DNA of 64,000 bases from IMG/VR virus record IMGVR_UViG_3300024978_000004, positions 15,941-79,940 of that record. The stretch is one strand, 5' to 3'. This document shows, one piece after another, positions 35,846 through 45,572 of this stretch. Positions within the stretch are counted from its first letter, which is position 1; every line of letters starts with the position of its first letter. The DNA comes from a virus. The notes beneath the pieces were generated by a model, which ran no database searches, had not been told where the DNA came from, and saw only the letters and a list, made by a program, of their open reading frames with translations. The position numbers and the translations under genes are program-made.

Positions 35846-37219
35846 TTACATAGTGCTGTTTGCTCGCACTTCATCGAACGTATATTCCCTAACAATTTTT
35901 CCATTAACGAATACAGTTTCAAGTGCATCAACCACTCCAGGTGTTTCAATGTCAGAAAAATACCCACCATCTTCACTCTTATACAGAGTAACACGCCCCT
36001 TCTTCGACCGCTTGCCAACATCGGTAACAGGATCCTTATACACATCAACCCAGTTTCCATCAATGCACGCTGCAGACGTTTTCATCGCAAATTTCAAAGT
36101 GTCGCGGTTTACCTGTTGAAGCAGTGCTCCACCCATACCAAAAGCAACGTTGTCAGCACTATATCCAGCAAACTTCAATGTACGAAGAATCGATTTAATG
36201 CTACCCTCATTGATTCCATCGCCCTGAATAACACGTACTACCGGATTAAGAACTTTATATCCCTTCTCATTCACTGTTGATCCAAATGCAGCATCAAGTG
36301 CTCGGACAACCTCACACACGACCGAAGCAGGATCACCACTATCGGGGCGAATAACAACAGTAGCACCACTATCAAGCACTTCTTGTTTCAGTTCTTTACC
36401 CCACAGATTTGTGACGGCATTGAGAATGTCGTACGAATCACTAACAGCCGCAAACATCTTGCCTTTGCCACCAAACTGTTTAATCATGTTGCGGTAAGCA
36501 TCAACCTCGTTTTTACGACCCCACGACGTGTAGGAGCTGTGTTCACCAGCCGGAATCGAGTAACCAGGCATACCAATTGCATTGTAATATTTCTGTGCAA
36601 AACGAATACCCGATACAGTGTCCGACCCCATAAAGTTGACCAAGTGGGCAGCGCCGCCAATACCAGCACTTTCAAAGGAACTAACGCCACGGGCGCCAAA
36701 ATCATGCAGTTTGAACGACAGACCTGCAGGATCACCAGTCTCTTCTAATGCTGCACGAATCACTTGCTTGATGCTCCAACTATTGGTAGCAACAGTCGTA
36801 CCATACCATACAGCACGAAGAATTGCAGGCTCGATATACGACGTCAGCCAGAAACATTTGTCGTCAGTGTTTTCAACGGTAACAAGTACGTTTTTTGTAC
36901 CGAGGACCATACCTTCAGGAACGGCACGGACAACAAGAGGTAGATAACCAGCGTATTTGTCCACAATATACTGCCATCCGGCTCGGTTAAACGGTTCACC
37001 GTGAGCAGCGAAGAATTCATCAGCTTCTTCAATCATCTCTTGAGTGACGGGCTTTGTCAGATATTCCTTTAAGAAAATTTGAAGACCGAACATAACGGTT
37101 TTGTCATATTCGCCGCCTCGAGACTCAATGTAAGAGAACACTTTGGTGGTATTGGGTGGATATTGAAGAAAGTGTGATGCTTTGTATGAATCAGTATTAA
37201 GAATAATGTTTGTTTCCAT
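35846..37219 (-). CDS. nadV: Nicotinamide phosphoribosyltransferase (Nampt)
   Basis: NTDSYKASHFLQYP, KLHDFGARG, GEHSSYTSWG, VSDSYD, VIRPDSGDP, VIQGDGI, AFGMGGALLQ. Confidence 0.93.
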   Translation of the reverse strand: METNIILNTDSYKASHFLQYPPNTTKVFSYIESRGGEYDKTVMFGLQIFLKEYLTKPVTQEMIEEADEFFAAHGEPFNRAGWQYIVDKYAGYLPLVVRAVPEGMVLGTKNVLVTVENTDDKCFWLTSYIEPAILRAVWYGTTVATNSWSIKQVIRAALEETGDPAGLSFKLHDFGARGVSSFESAGIGGAAHLVNFMGSDTVSGIRFAQKYYNAIGMPGYSIPAGEHSSYTSWGRKNEVDAYRNMIKQFGGKGKMFAAVSDSYDILNAVTNLWGKELKQEVLDSGATVVIRPDSGDPASVVCEVVRALDAAFGSTVNEKGYKVLNPVVRVIQGDGINEGSIKSILRTLKFAGYSADNVAFGMGGALLQQVNRDTLKFAMKTSAACIDGNWVDVYKDPVTDVGKRSKKGRVTLYKSEDGGYFSDIETPGVVDALETVFVNGKIVREYTFDEVRANSTM

Positions 37220-37245
37220 GATAAAACTCCTTTATCAAAAATTAT

Positions 37246-37266
37246 ACAAACCGTCTATCAGTTTGT
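37246..37266 (-). promoter_or_regulatory. GATAGAC-loop hairpin, copy 1 (nampt leader)
   Basis: ACAAACT-GATAGAC-GGTTTGT, followed by RBS hairpin GATAAA-GGAGT-TTTATC (37236-37220) abutting the ATG. Confidence 0.7.
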
Positions 37267-37281
37267 TTGGTACTACAAAAA

Positions 37282-37527
37282 TTAACGAGAACGGTCCACC
37301 GGACTCGCTTGTTTAATTGTTGCTGTGATTCCACTGAACGTCGGATCGCCAGGGCCACGATCATACATATCGTACGAACGCATTGTTGCGTTAAATTTGA
37401 TGTCAATATCAGACAGGCTTACGTCGATATTATATTTGTCGCGAAGTAAATTGAAGACAGCTTCTTGGACGAGCTTGTGTGCATCAGCCTCCGAGAAATC
37501 AAACGTCATCTTGGTATTAATATTCAT
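37282..37527 (-). CDS. Hypothetical protein
   Basis: 81 aa; GATAGAC hairpin and RBS hairpin upstream. Confidence 0.65.
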   Translation of the reverse strand: MNINTKMTFDFSEADAHKLVQEAVFNLLRDKYNIDVSLSDIDIKFNATMRSYDMYDRGPGDPTFSGITATIKQASPVDRSR

Positions 37528-37553
37528 GTTAAGCTCCTTAACAAGTTATGAAG

Positions 37554-37574
37554 GTGAAGGGTCTATCCCTCCAC
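37554..37574 (-). promoter_or_regulatory. GATAGAC-loop hairpin, copy 2
   Basis: GTGGAGG-GATAGAC-CCTTCAC; RBS hairpin GTTAA-GGAGC-TTAAC (37542-37528). Confidence 0.7.
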
Positions 37575-37586
37575 ATGTTATTTAAT

Positions 37587-37614
37587 ATTATAACTAATAA
37601 AATATATAAGTCAA
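37587..37614 (-). promoter_or_regulatory. sigma70-type promoter
   Basis: TTGACT, 16-nt spacer, TATAAT. Confidence 0.7.
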
Positions 37615-37622
37615 CACTTATT

Positions 37623-37829
37623 TTAAGCGTAAGTATCAATTCGACCTTTTGGTACTGGTTTCTTCTTCACATCAGGATCATTTTCTGTCTTAACAATTCG
37701 TTTAACTGGCTGAACCTTTGTTGTTGACGATTTGTCTAACAACTTTGTGATGGGTGAAACAAATATTTCTCTTAACAACATATAATTCCTTTGCGATTGT
37801 GTATCTTTATATTTACACAAATAGATCAA
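37623..37829 (-). CDS. Small basic protein
   Basis: Up to 68 aa; start uncertain. Confidence 0.5.
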   Translation of the reverse strand: MIYLCKYKDTQSQRNYMLLREIFVSPITKLLDKSSTTKVQPVKRIVKTENDPDVKKKPVPKGRIDTYA

Positions 37830-38179
37830 AGTTCACTTAACTGACGGTCAATATCAGCGATTTGTTCGAGCAAATCTCGTTTTTGTTTTTCAAGTTTGGT
37901 ACGTTCCCAAACTTCATCAGGCTTCGAAATTTTAATCAGTTCAAAATCTCCGCCTGCCCCCCATTGCCAAAAACGTTCCATTTCTACGGCCATATCGATA
38001 ATGTCGCCTAGACGACCTTCAAAATAGCCAAGTGATGGTTGATAGTGCGGTCCGTGAAGATCACAATTGGGATCTTCCCCCTTAACATGCCACAATCCAT
38101 AGTCATCAAGATCATATTTTTGCAGCAACTGCCGATAATTCCACGAAACAATATATTTGTCTTTTGCTTTTGAGTCCAT
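37826..38179 (-). CDS. Hypothetical protein
   Basis: 117 aa, W.VKGEDPNCDL.GPH.QP.LGYFEG; GATAGAC hairpin upstream. Confidence 0.7.
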   Translation of the reverse strand: MDSKAKDKYIVSWNYRQLLQKYDLDDYGLWHVKGEDPNCDLHGPHYQPSLGYFEGRLGDIIDMAVEMERFWQWGAGGDFELIKISKPDEVWERTKLEKQKRDLLEQIADIDRQLSEL

Positions 38180-38203
38180 AAGGAAATCCTCCTAATGATT
38201 TGA

Positions 38204-38228
38204 ATGATTAACGTCTATCGTTAATCAT
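38204..38228 (-). promoter_or_regulatory. GATAGAC-loop hairpin, copy 3
   Basis: ATGATTAAC-GATAGAC-GTTAATCAT (9 bp); RBS hairpin AGGA-GGATT-TCCT before ATG 38179. Confidence 0.7.
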
Positions 38229-38253
38229 AATAATACACTAATACTTATTTATG

Positions 38254-38778
38254 TCAACTATTTTTGAAACTTCCTATTAACATTTGTGTTTTAACAACAC
38301 CTGGGGACACTTCCCTCGTGTAGTGGAATCCGTCTGGATCCAATTCCAATATTTTTTGGCCGAGAATTCGTTCCGCTTGAGTGTTAGGTATTGGTTTGCC
38401 ACCTAAATTCAACATCACCTTTTCCAAATTGCCACTAAACTCACCCCACGATTTGTTTCCTGTGATATCATCCGAAAGAATAGCCTTCAGCGCATTTTTT
38501 CCATCTCTTGTATCGTTATGAAAAACTAATCGAACTTTATGACCACTGCTATTACGATAGATTACTCCAGCAACGATTTTACCATCAATAAACGACACCT
38601 TCCATACTCCAGGTGTATTGATTAAATTGTCTAAATTTGCACCACTTAATCCCATTCCTGAACCATATTTGTCGTATGTATTTTGCAATAACTGCCATAC
38701 ATAACTGGCATAACGCTTTCGTTGGGTAGGTGTTACAAGATTTACAAAGTTCTCACACAGAATTTCGTATATTTTCAT
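38254..38778 (-). CDS. Hypothetical protein with MKIxEIL.E N-terminus
   Basis: 174 aa, MKIYEILCEN. Confidence 0.65.
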   Translation of the reverse strand: MKIYEILCENFVNLVTPTQRKRYASYVWQLLQNTYDKYGSGMGLSGANLDNLINTPGVWKVSFIDGKIVAGVIYRNSSGHKVRLVFHNDTRDGKNALKAILSDDITGNKSWGEFSGNLEKVMLNLGGKPIPNTQAERILGQKILELDPDGFHYTREVSPGVVKTQMLIGSFKNS

Positions 38779-38813
38779 GTGGCATTTACCTAATATTGAT
38801 TTAATATCAATAT

Positions 38814-39020
38814 TTATGACATCATGTCTGTCAAATCTCGTCCGTTTAAATAAGTAATCAAAAAATCGTGAAGATTGTATGTGACACCATCATACCCAAG
38901 GATAATATCAGGTGGTATGACCGATTCAACTACCACCATACCTGTGTTTAACATCCAAAATGCAGGGTCTCTGGGTGCAAGTTTGATTATATCTCCAGCA
39001 TTAATAATAACTTCATACAT
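38814..39020 (-). CDS. Hypothetical protein
   Basis: 68 aa. Confidence 0.5.
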   Translation of the reverse strand: MYEVIINAGDIIKLAPRDPAFWMLNTGMVVVESVIPPDIILGYDGVTYNLHDFLITYLNGRDLTDMMS

Positions 39021-39573
39021 TTTTATAAACTAAATCATTCATAATGTGATGTACAGTGTCCACATTTTTTCCGTATACATTATCAACTTCGAAGAAAGGT
39101 ACACCTGTATCGATTAATAATGCTCTCAAATCCTTATCAATTTGAATGGCCTCATTCTCATCTTGATTTCTGCCAACCGTTTCATACGGAACCCCGCGTC
39201 GAATAAGAACGTTGATGTTGTTGTACGAATTGTATGTGTCCATCACATAATCAAAAAATGATGGGGGGAAATCTTTTGGCATATACATAAACCCTAACAA
39301 CAACGATGTATCGGCAACAATATAATCTACCTGACCCACCAAACGTCGAAAACGGTTATTTTGTTTACTGAAGATGTAATCCTGTTCTGTCAACATGTGG
39401 TGACGACCTTCAAAGGTATAATCCTTTGCGACTTCAGGCACATACTCAACCTTCCCTTTTTGGGCGAGTGACATATAGTAAGCAAGACCAAGTGCAGTAG
39501 TGGATTTACCAACGCCTGGTCCACCCAACATATTGATTATAGTAACGTCTTTGTTATTCGAATATGGTAACAT
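39013..39573 (-). CDS. AAA_28/NadR-like P-loop kinase or ATPase
   Basis: INMLGGPGVGKST, EYVPEVAK, IVADTSLL. Confidence 0.75.
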   Translation of the reverse strand: MLPYSNNKDVTIINMLGGPGVGKSTTALGLAYYMSLAQKGKVEYVPEVAKDYTFEGRHHMLTEQDYIFSKQNNRFRRLVGQVDYIVADTSLLLGFMYMPKDFPPSFFDYVMDTYNSYNNINVLIRRGVPYETVGRNQDENEAIQIDKDLRALLIDTGVPFFEVDNVYGKNVDTVHHIMNDLVYKNV

Positions 39574-39584
39574 TTCATCTTCCT

Positions 39585-39794
39585 TTATAAGTTGTGCATT
39601 TGCTTGTCGTAATAATATCGTGCAAAATCACAAATCTCTGCTGCTTGTTGTTTTGTACATATGATAACACGTGTACACGGATCGGTAATTAGTTGTCGAT
39701 CCATCAACCATTTAATCATTCCGGAATTAGGATCCGCACATATACCAATATGCACAGACTCCAAATCGTTTGGTTCGGTGAGGGAGTTGTTCAT
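39585..39794 (-). CDS. Hypothetical protein
   Basis: 69 aa. Confidence 0.5.
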   Translation of the reverse strand: MNNSLTEPNDLESVHIGICADPNSGMIKWLMDRQLITDPCTRVIICTKQQAAEICDFARYYYDKQMHNL

Positions 39795-40207
39795 GGCATC
39801 ACAGGCGAAGGTATTTCACCTCTCGTAACACACGGCAAGTTAGAAACATCAGGGGTTACGCTTGTAAACACTTCTTCCCCGTCTTTGGCTGCAAACAATG
39901 CGGTATTGTTATCAAGACTGTATATGGTCCAGCCACCTGAAACCATTTGCCAACCAGTCAGTTTATCTTCGGGTCCAACATCAGGAAATTTAACCAACAA
40001 AACATATTTGTCTCCAGATGATGGATTGTGAATACCCCAGCACGCCTTTTCAGAGCGCTTGTAATAGTCCAGTGCTGCTTTTGCGTATATTAATCCTTCA
40101 GTAAAAGGATCGGCCTTTGTTGTGCTCCGTGACGCTGTGTCTTCTTTTTTCGTACAACCCAACACCAAAAATACTATTAGTGCAGAAACCATCACATGTT
40201 TTTTCAC
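39791..40207 (-). CDS. Lipoprotein
   Basis: Lipobox VLGC. Confidence 0.65.
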   Translation of the reverse strand: MKKHVMVSALIVFLVLGCTKKEDTASRSTTKADPFTEGLIYAKAALDYYKRSEKACWGIHNPSSGDKYVLLVKFPDVGPEDKLTGWQMVSGGWTIYSLDNNTALFAAKDGEEVFTSVTPDVSNLPCVTRGEIPSPVMP

Positions 40208-40221
40208 AACAAACTCCTCAA

Positions 40222-40632
40222 TTAGTGATTAATAACATAACAGCGCGACAACAAAGCCATGATAACTTTGTTGTTATAATCTCCACAACGACCATTAACT
40301 AATTCGGTTGGGGTAACCCATTGAACGTTAATATCTCGTTCCATTTGAGAGGCTGCTTCCGATTCGACGGTATGAACGTATCTAAATGTTGTTACGTGAT
40401 AGCCTCCATCATCAACACCTTCATACAACTGAATCAATTGTCCACGTTGTGTAACCAATCCAGTTTCTTCCTGTAATTCTCGTATTGCTGCATCAATGGG
40501 TGTTTCACCGTCTTCAAGCTTTCCACCAGGGAGACCAAAAACATCATATTCGCCCCTAACAGATGCAGCGAGAATCTTACCCTCTCTGTTAAAGACTACT
40601 ACACATGCAGCATTACGAGTTTCACCATTCAT
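40222..40632 (-). CDS. Nudix hydrolase
   Basis: Nudix box GGKLEDGETPIDAAIRELQEETG. Confidence 0.9.
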   Translation of the reverse strand: MNGETRNAACVVVFNREGKILAASVRGEYDVFGLPGGKLEDGETPIDAAIRELQEETGLVTQRGQLIQLYEGVDDGGYHVTTFRYVHTVESEAASQMERDINVQWVTPTELVNGRCGDYNNKVIMALLSRCYVINH

Positions 40633-41660
40633 TAAATTTGCCCAAGAAAATATTGAATTATGTGATAATGATCCTCAAAACATTTCGATTCGTCAAGCTC
40701 ATTTAGAGGAATCCATTTTGCCTTTTCGGCATCATCACTACCTTTAACTTTTGGGAGGTCACCGGGCGGTAGTTCTATGAGATACGCATGTGTGATTGTG
40801 CGCCCACGAAGAGACCTGTTGGGTGTATCAAACACATGAGATGTTTTGACACTACCACGGAGAACTGCCTCCGGTACTTTAATTTTAGTTTCCTCGCGAA
40901 GTTCACGAATTGCCGCGTCAAGCAGCCGTTCGTTTTGATTAACAAATCCACCCGGCAATGCACCAAGTCCACGACCTGGGGCGGCTCGACGTTTAATCAT
41001 CAGTACATGTCCGGACTGAACAACAACAGCATCAGCAGTAACAAAAGTTGGAGCATACGGTGCCCTATCCCATGAGTTTTTGTAGGCTTGAATATAAAAA
41101 TATTCTTCCTCGAGTACATAAAATCCTGGCGTTTTCATCCAATCAACGATATAGCTCTCGACAGCTTTTGAAACGGTTGGGTACACATGTTGTTTAACAG
41201 CAAACATTTCTTCGCGAATTTGTGTGGCATTTATACCTTGAAAATTAGGTACTTCAACAACACTCCATTGTGGAAACAGCTTTAGATAAAAGCTACTTTC
41301 GTCTTTACTGTGACCAATAATACCTATTTTGTGAGGGTTGGGTACGGCTATATAATCATCTTCTGCAATAACACTATCAATAGTGTTTTGAATATCACGA
41401 ACCCACTTTTGGTCATTGTATGGTTTATCTTTAGCCGCGACAACAACATAATTGGTATGTGAGGACCCCATCGCAGCAAGAATCATTTGCTTGCGCTCGA
41501 CAAAATTCCATGGGTTTTTAATGGTTCGTGGTTGGTTAGTAGAACCAACCACGACAATGACTTTTTCGGCCATTTCACACGCCTGTTTGAGCACTGCTTC
41601 GTGACCATTGTGAAACGGTGAAAAACGACCGATATAAATTAGATAATCAAACTTTTTCAT
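40632..41660 (-). CDS. nadM: Bifunctional NMN adenylyltransferase / ADP-ribose pyrophosphatase (NadM-Nudix)
   Basis: IGRFSPFHNGH (HxGH); C-terminal Nudix LPGGFV...AAIRELREET; FEDHYHII. Confidence 0.93.
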   Translation of the reverse strand: MKKFDYLIYIGRFSPFHNGHEAVLKQACEMAEKVIVVVGSTNQPRTIKNPWNFVERKQMILAAMGSSHTNYVVVAAKDKPYNDQKWVRDIQNTIDSVIAEDDYIAVPNPHKIGIIGHSKDESSFYLKLFPQWSVVEVPNFQGINATQIREEMFAVKQHVYPTVSKAVESYIVDWMKTPGFYVLEEEYFYIQAYKNSWDRAPYAPTFVTADAVVVQSGHVLMIKRRAAPGRGLGALPGGFVNQNERLLDAAIRELREETKIKVPEAVLRGSVKTSHVFDTPNRSLRGRTITHAYLIELPPGDLPKVKGSDDAEKAKWIPLNELDESKCFEDHYHIIQYFLGQI

Positions 41661-41685
41661 AATAGAGCTCCTCTATCAAAATTGT

Positions 41686-41708
41686 AATACGAAGTCTATC
41701 TTCGTATT
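41686..41708 (-). promoter_or_regulatory. GATAGAC-loop hairpin, copy 4 (nadM leader)
   Basis: AATACGAA-GATAGAC-TTCGTATT; RBS hairpin GATAGA-GGAGC-TCTATT (41677-41661) abutting the ATG. Confidence 0.75.
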
Positions 41709-41764
41709 TTATTACTACAAATATTACATCATAATTATATTACACTAAACCATTAATGTCAACT

Positions 41765-42151
41765 TCAGTGTTCAAGCCACTGCCAGTCTGTTGTGTTATG
41801 AAAATTACCATCAAAACAATGTTTAACTTCGTGACCAAGCGTCATCATACTTTCGGGTGTGTCGTCAGAATATACATAACACACATTATCTTTCCACCCA
41901 TAACACCCCAAGGCTCCTGGAATGGGAAAGATAAAACCAATAACTCTTGAACACACAATTGGAATATCATCCTCTTTAACGCGAATCCACCGTATTATAA
42001 CGGGTGCATTTTTGTCCATTTGTTCTGGTGTTTGTTTACTACCTCTTATAATAAGGTACTTGGAATCAAAAGAGTCGCAGTCACCTTTACCTGCAAAGAT
42101 GATTGCGACTATGATGAATACTGTTAGTAATGTTACTTTTACATAATCCAT
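41765..42151 (-). CDS. Exported protein, possible HExxH metalloprotease-like
   Basis: N-terminal TM/signal; LGHEVKHCF. Confidence 0.55.
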   Translation of the reverse strand: MDYVKVTLLTVFIIVAIIFAGKGDCDSFDSKYLIIRGSKQTPEQMDKNAPVIIRWIRVKEDDIPIVCSRVIGFIFPIPGALGCYGWKDNVCYVYSDDTPESMMTLGHEVKHCFDGNFHNTTDWQWLEH

Positions 42152-42204
42152 GTTGTTCTCCCCACCCCAAATACGTATTTAGGGTAAGGGAGAACGATTA
42201 TGGA

Positions 42205-42765
42205 TTATCGTAGTTTTACGGGACTCGACTCTTTACCAGTTTTGAATGCGTTGTCAGCATAATCGTTGGTAATAGCCTTGTACTTTTCGAGGTCAATACG
42301 AGGATATCCAGCAAGATGCATCCACATACCCTTCCACACATAACCAAGATTGGTGCTGTATGCACGTTTGGCATCAATCAAGCGAGTTTGAGACATTTTA
42401 AATTCATCGCGACCAGCTTCAACAATTTGTTGAATTTTGCGATAAAGTTGTGGATCAACAGTAGGGTTCTGTTCTTTTAACCACTGAAACGTTGCCTTGC
42501 TACCATCAGCACCATAACGACCACTCAATGCTGCTGTGACCACTTCCTTCAAGTCATCTTTCATCATGGTGGGGACTTGGGCTGCTTCTTGCACCTTTTG
42601 GGTGTATTGAGCAAGGATGTTCTGGTTGTTTTCCCAAATTGCCTTGATCTCATTTTCTGCGGTGTTACCGTAATTGGCACTGCTAATATATGACGCAACT
42701 GCTATAAATATAATTGAGACGATTACACCAACAATCGACATAGTTGTTACGGTTTTTGAATTCAT
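42205..42765 (-). CDS. LemA-like membrane-anchored protein
   Basis: N-terminal TM, then helical domain (N...AE.EI.A.W.N.QN). Confidence 0.55.
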   Translation of the reverse strand: MNSKTVTTMSIVGVIVSIIFIAVASYISSANYGNTAENEIKAIWENNQNILAQYTQKVQEAAQVPTMMKDDLKEVVTAALSGRYGADGSKATFQWLKEQNPTVDPQLYRKIQQIVEAGRDEFKMSQTRLIDAKRAYSTNLGYVWKGMWMHLAGYPRIDLEKYKAITNDYADNAFKTGKESSPVKLR

Positions 42766-42836
42766 TATAAATCTCCAAGAGGTTGAAATTAACTACACAA
42801 TAACTATACAATAACAAAAACAAAGAGTCAACAATC

Positions 42837-43601
42837 GTGCCAAGAAAAAATACAATAAACGATATTCAAAGTAAGTTAGACACTAAATGGGGTAAGAACA
42901 ATTATGTGTGTCGCACATACACAAATCTCGATGTTGAGGCATTGTTTTATTGTACGTTACACAATGAAGAATTTTTATGTATCCCAAAAAATGCTTTTTG
43001 GGGTAAAAACATTTCTCCTGGTTGTAACAAATGTAATCTAAAGAACAAACGACAATCACACGCATTTACAACACAGGAGTTTATCTTTCAGGCCAATAAG
43101 GTACATTCAAACAAGTACAATTATTCCGACGTTGTTTATATAAATGCGCACACAAAAGTAAAGATTGGTTGTGAGAAACATGGTCCCTTTTTCCAATTAC
43201 CAAATAACCACACGTCACACAAGCAAGGATGTCCGGTTTGTAAGTGTTCTAAAGGAGAGACAATCATTGAAAGTTGGTTGTCGTTGAATAATATTCCATA
43301 TATCCGTCAAAAAACTTTTAATGGATGTGTCAATAAACGACAATTAAAATTTGATTTCTATATACCATCTCACAATCTCTGTATTGAGTTTGATGGTGAG
43401 CAACATAGTATAGTTGGCAAATTCACCAAACACAAAGACAAAGCCCAACAACTATTTGATTATATACAAAGTAATGATCGCACCAAAAATGATTACTGTA
43501 ATCAAAATAATATTGGAATGTTACGAATTCCATATACAGAAATTCGTAACATATTCAAAATTCTTGACGATCACTTCAATATCTTCCGTAACGACCTCTG
43601 A
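42837..43601 (+). mobile_element. Putative homing endonuclease (Zn-ribbon repeats plus Vsr/DUF559-like nuclease)
   Basis: C..H..F and GCPVC repeats; LKFDFYIP..NLCIEFDGEQH; antisense insertion between two membrane genes. Confidence 0.8.
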
Positions 43602-44682
43602 AACGACTGCGTTGCGAGATGATGCTGTTACTCGTTAAATCAACATCATAAAACTTAAAGAATACTGATAAACCAATACTACCAAAAATAGCAATTGCAA
43701 TAGCAATGTAGAGTACCCAATCAGGTGGCATAATCTCTTCATCAAGATACTTGAAATCCCGCATATGTTTCCGCGCAAAAGATTTGGCTACATTACTACC
43801 AATAACACTCAATACTTGTTGTTCATTAACTGTTTTCAAGTCCAATAACGCATCACGAAGTTGTACTTTAAACAACTGATTGTCTGTCCAACTAACAACA
43901 CGAACCCATTCAATATTAGGATAATTTGGGGTACCAAGAATTACAACAACATCATTCTTTTTAGCACCTTGCCATTTACCTTGTAAAGCATACTCGTAGG
44001 TTGGGTCATTAACGTTAGTGATTACCACAATAACATTCACTTGTTTTGCCGGACCAAGTTCACGTAACATCAACGCAAGATCATAATTCCAACGCTTGAG
44101 GTCAGGAACATTTACACCAACAGGTAATACACGGTCGAGGTATTGGTAATCATACACTCCAGTTGGATAAGGAGGAACAGATGATCCCCACTTACTCAAC
44201 GCCTGTTGGTTGTGATTAAACAGACTTTCAGGAACAGCCTTCACATAGTTAGTAAAGGAGTGTTCGAGAGCTACTGGCTGGCCAGGCTTAACCGCAGTCC
44301 AACGAGGAGGTTCATCAGAACCACGGCGGTCAATACGATTAATGGTAAAATCACCAGCTGTGCTATGTACGTCCCAATCCCAATCATTGGTGTGTTCGTA
44401 ACAAATATCACAACTCGTTCCGTTTTTTGTTGAGCGACAGTGACAGGAATAGGAATGTGAGCAAGGAACGCTGTTTTGTTCTTTACTTGTAACTTGACCA
44501 TTCCATATTTCCGTATCAGCTGTTTGCGAATTCTTTCCAAGAAACCAAATTGCTGACACAATAATAACAATAAGAAACACGTTGAGGAACATTTCCTGCC
44601 ACGTGACATCAGAGTTCCACAAACGTTTAGCAATCCACGGCCAGATAAGAGGGAAAGCAAGAAGAATTAAAAAGTTTTCCAT
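43576..44682 (-). CDS. Multi-TM membrane protein with a periplasmic (TPM-like) domain
   Basis: Start re-called to MENFLILL (44682); two N-terminal TMs, Cys cluster, KKNDVVVILG, C-terminal TM. Confidence 0.7.
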   Translation of the reverse strand: MENFLILLAFPLIWPWIAKRLWNSDVTWQEMFLNVFLIVIIVSAIWFLGKNSQTADTEIWNGQVTSKEQNSVPCSHSYSCHCRSTKNGTSCDICYEHTNDWDWDVHSTAGDFTINRIDRRGSDEPPRWTAVKPGQPVALEHSFTNYVKAVPESLFNHNQQALSKWGSSVPPYPTGVYDYQYLDRVLPVGVNVPDLKRWNYDLALMLRELGPAKQVNVIVVITNVNDPTYEYALQGKWQGAKKNDVVVILGTPNYPNIEWVRVVSWTDNQLFKVQLRDALLDLKTVNEQQVLSVIGSNVAKSFARKHMRDFKYLDEEIMPPDWVLYIAIAIAIFGSIGLSVFFKFYDVDLTSNSIISQRSRFRGRYGRY

Positions 44683-44855
44683 AAGGGGACCTTTAAGTTT
44701 AATGAATTCACATTCTACATTATTCTTAATAAAGGTCAACAAATTTGTGTGTTGACATATTTGTAGTTTTGGTGTAATTATATCAAATATTGTCAATCTC
44801 GAAACATTTAAAATGTTCCCATAAATACATACAAAAATTGAGAGGAACATGTAAA

Positions 44856-45572
44856 ATGACGAAACCAATTATTGTGGGTGAACGAAGAAACAATCTTGAA
44901 TTTGTTCACAAATTCAAAGATGGTTCTTACACAAAATATAAATGTTTGTGTTTGGATTGTGGTAGAGATACAATAATACATGCTAATAATTTTGGTAAAA
45001 ACAAAAATTGTGGTTGTACGAAAAAAAACCGTAGCAGAAAGGTGGGTGATGTTAAGAACGGACTTACTATTATAGAAAAGTTGTATAAAGGGAACGTTGT
45101 TACCAAACTAAAGTGTTATTGTTCACATTGTGGTAACAACGCGGCAATTATTCCATATACTATGTTTGGAAGACAACAGAGTTGTGGTTGTTTTGATGTA
45201 AGAACACATAAAAATCATCCAAACTTTAAAGGATATGAAGGTATCTATAGTGAAATGTGGAAACAGTTACATTCCAATGCAACGAAACGAAATTTGGAAT
45301 TTACCATAACGATCGAATATGCGTGGCAGTTGTTTATAATGCAAAACAAAAAATGTGCATTGAGTGGGATAGAAATACAAATGTGGCCTGGTTCACATTA
45401 TTTAGAACGTAGTAAGGGTACCGCCAGCCTGGATAGAATAGATAATAAATTAGGATATGTTGTTGGCAATGTTCAGTGGGTACACAAAGATGTAAATAGG
45501 ATGAAATCGGACTTCTTGCAAAGTGAGTTCATAACATGGTGTATAAGGATAGCAAAAAATGAGAATAATTGA
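44856..45572 (+). mobile_element. HNH homing endonuclease-like protein
   Basis: Start MTKPII (44856); C.C.C..CG repeats; ASLDRIDN..GY..GNVQWVHKDVN.MK; late promoter CATAAATA at 44820-44827. Confidence 0.8.
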
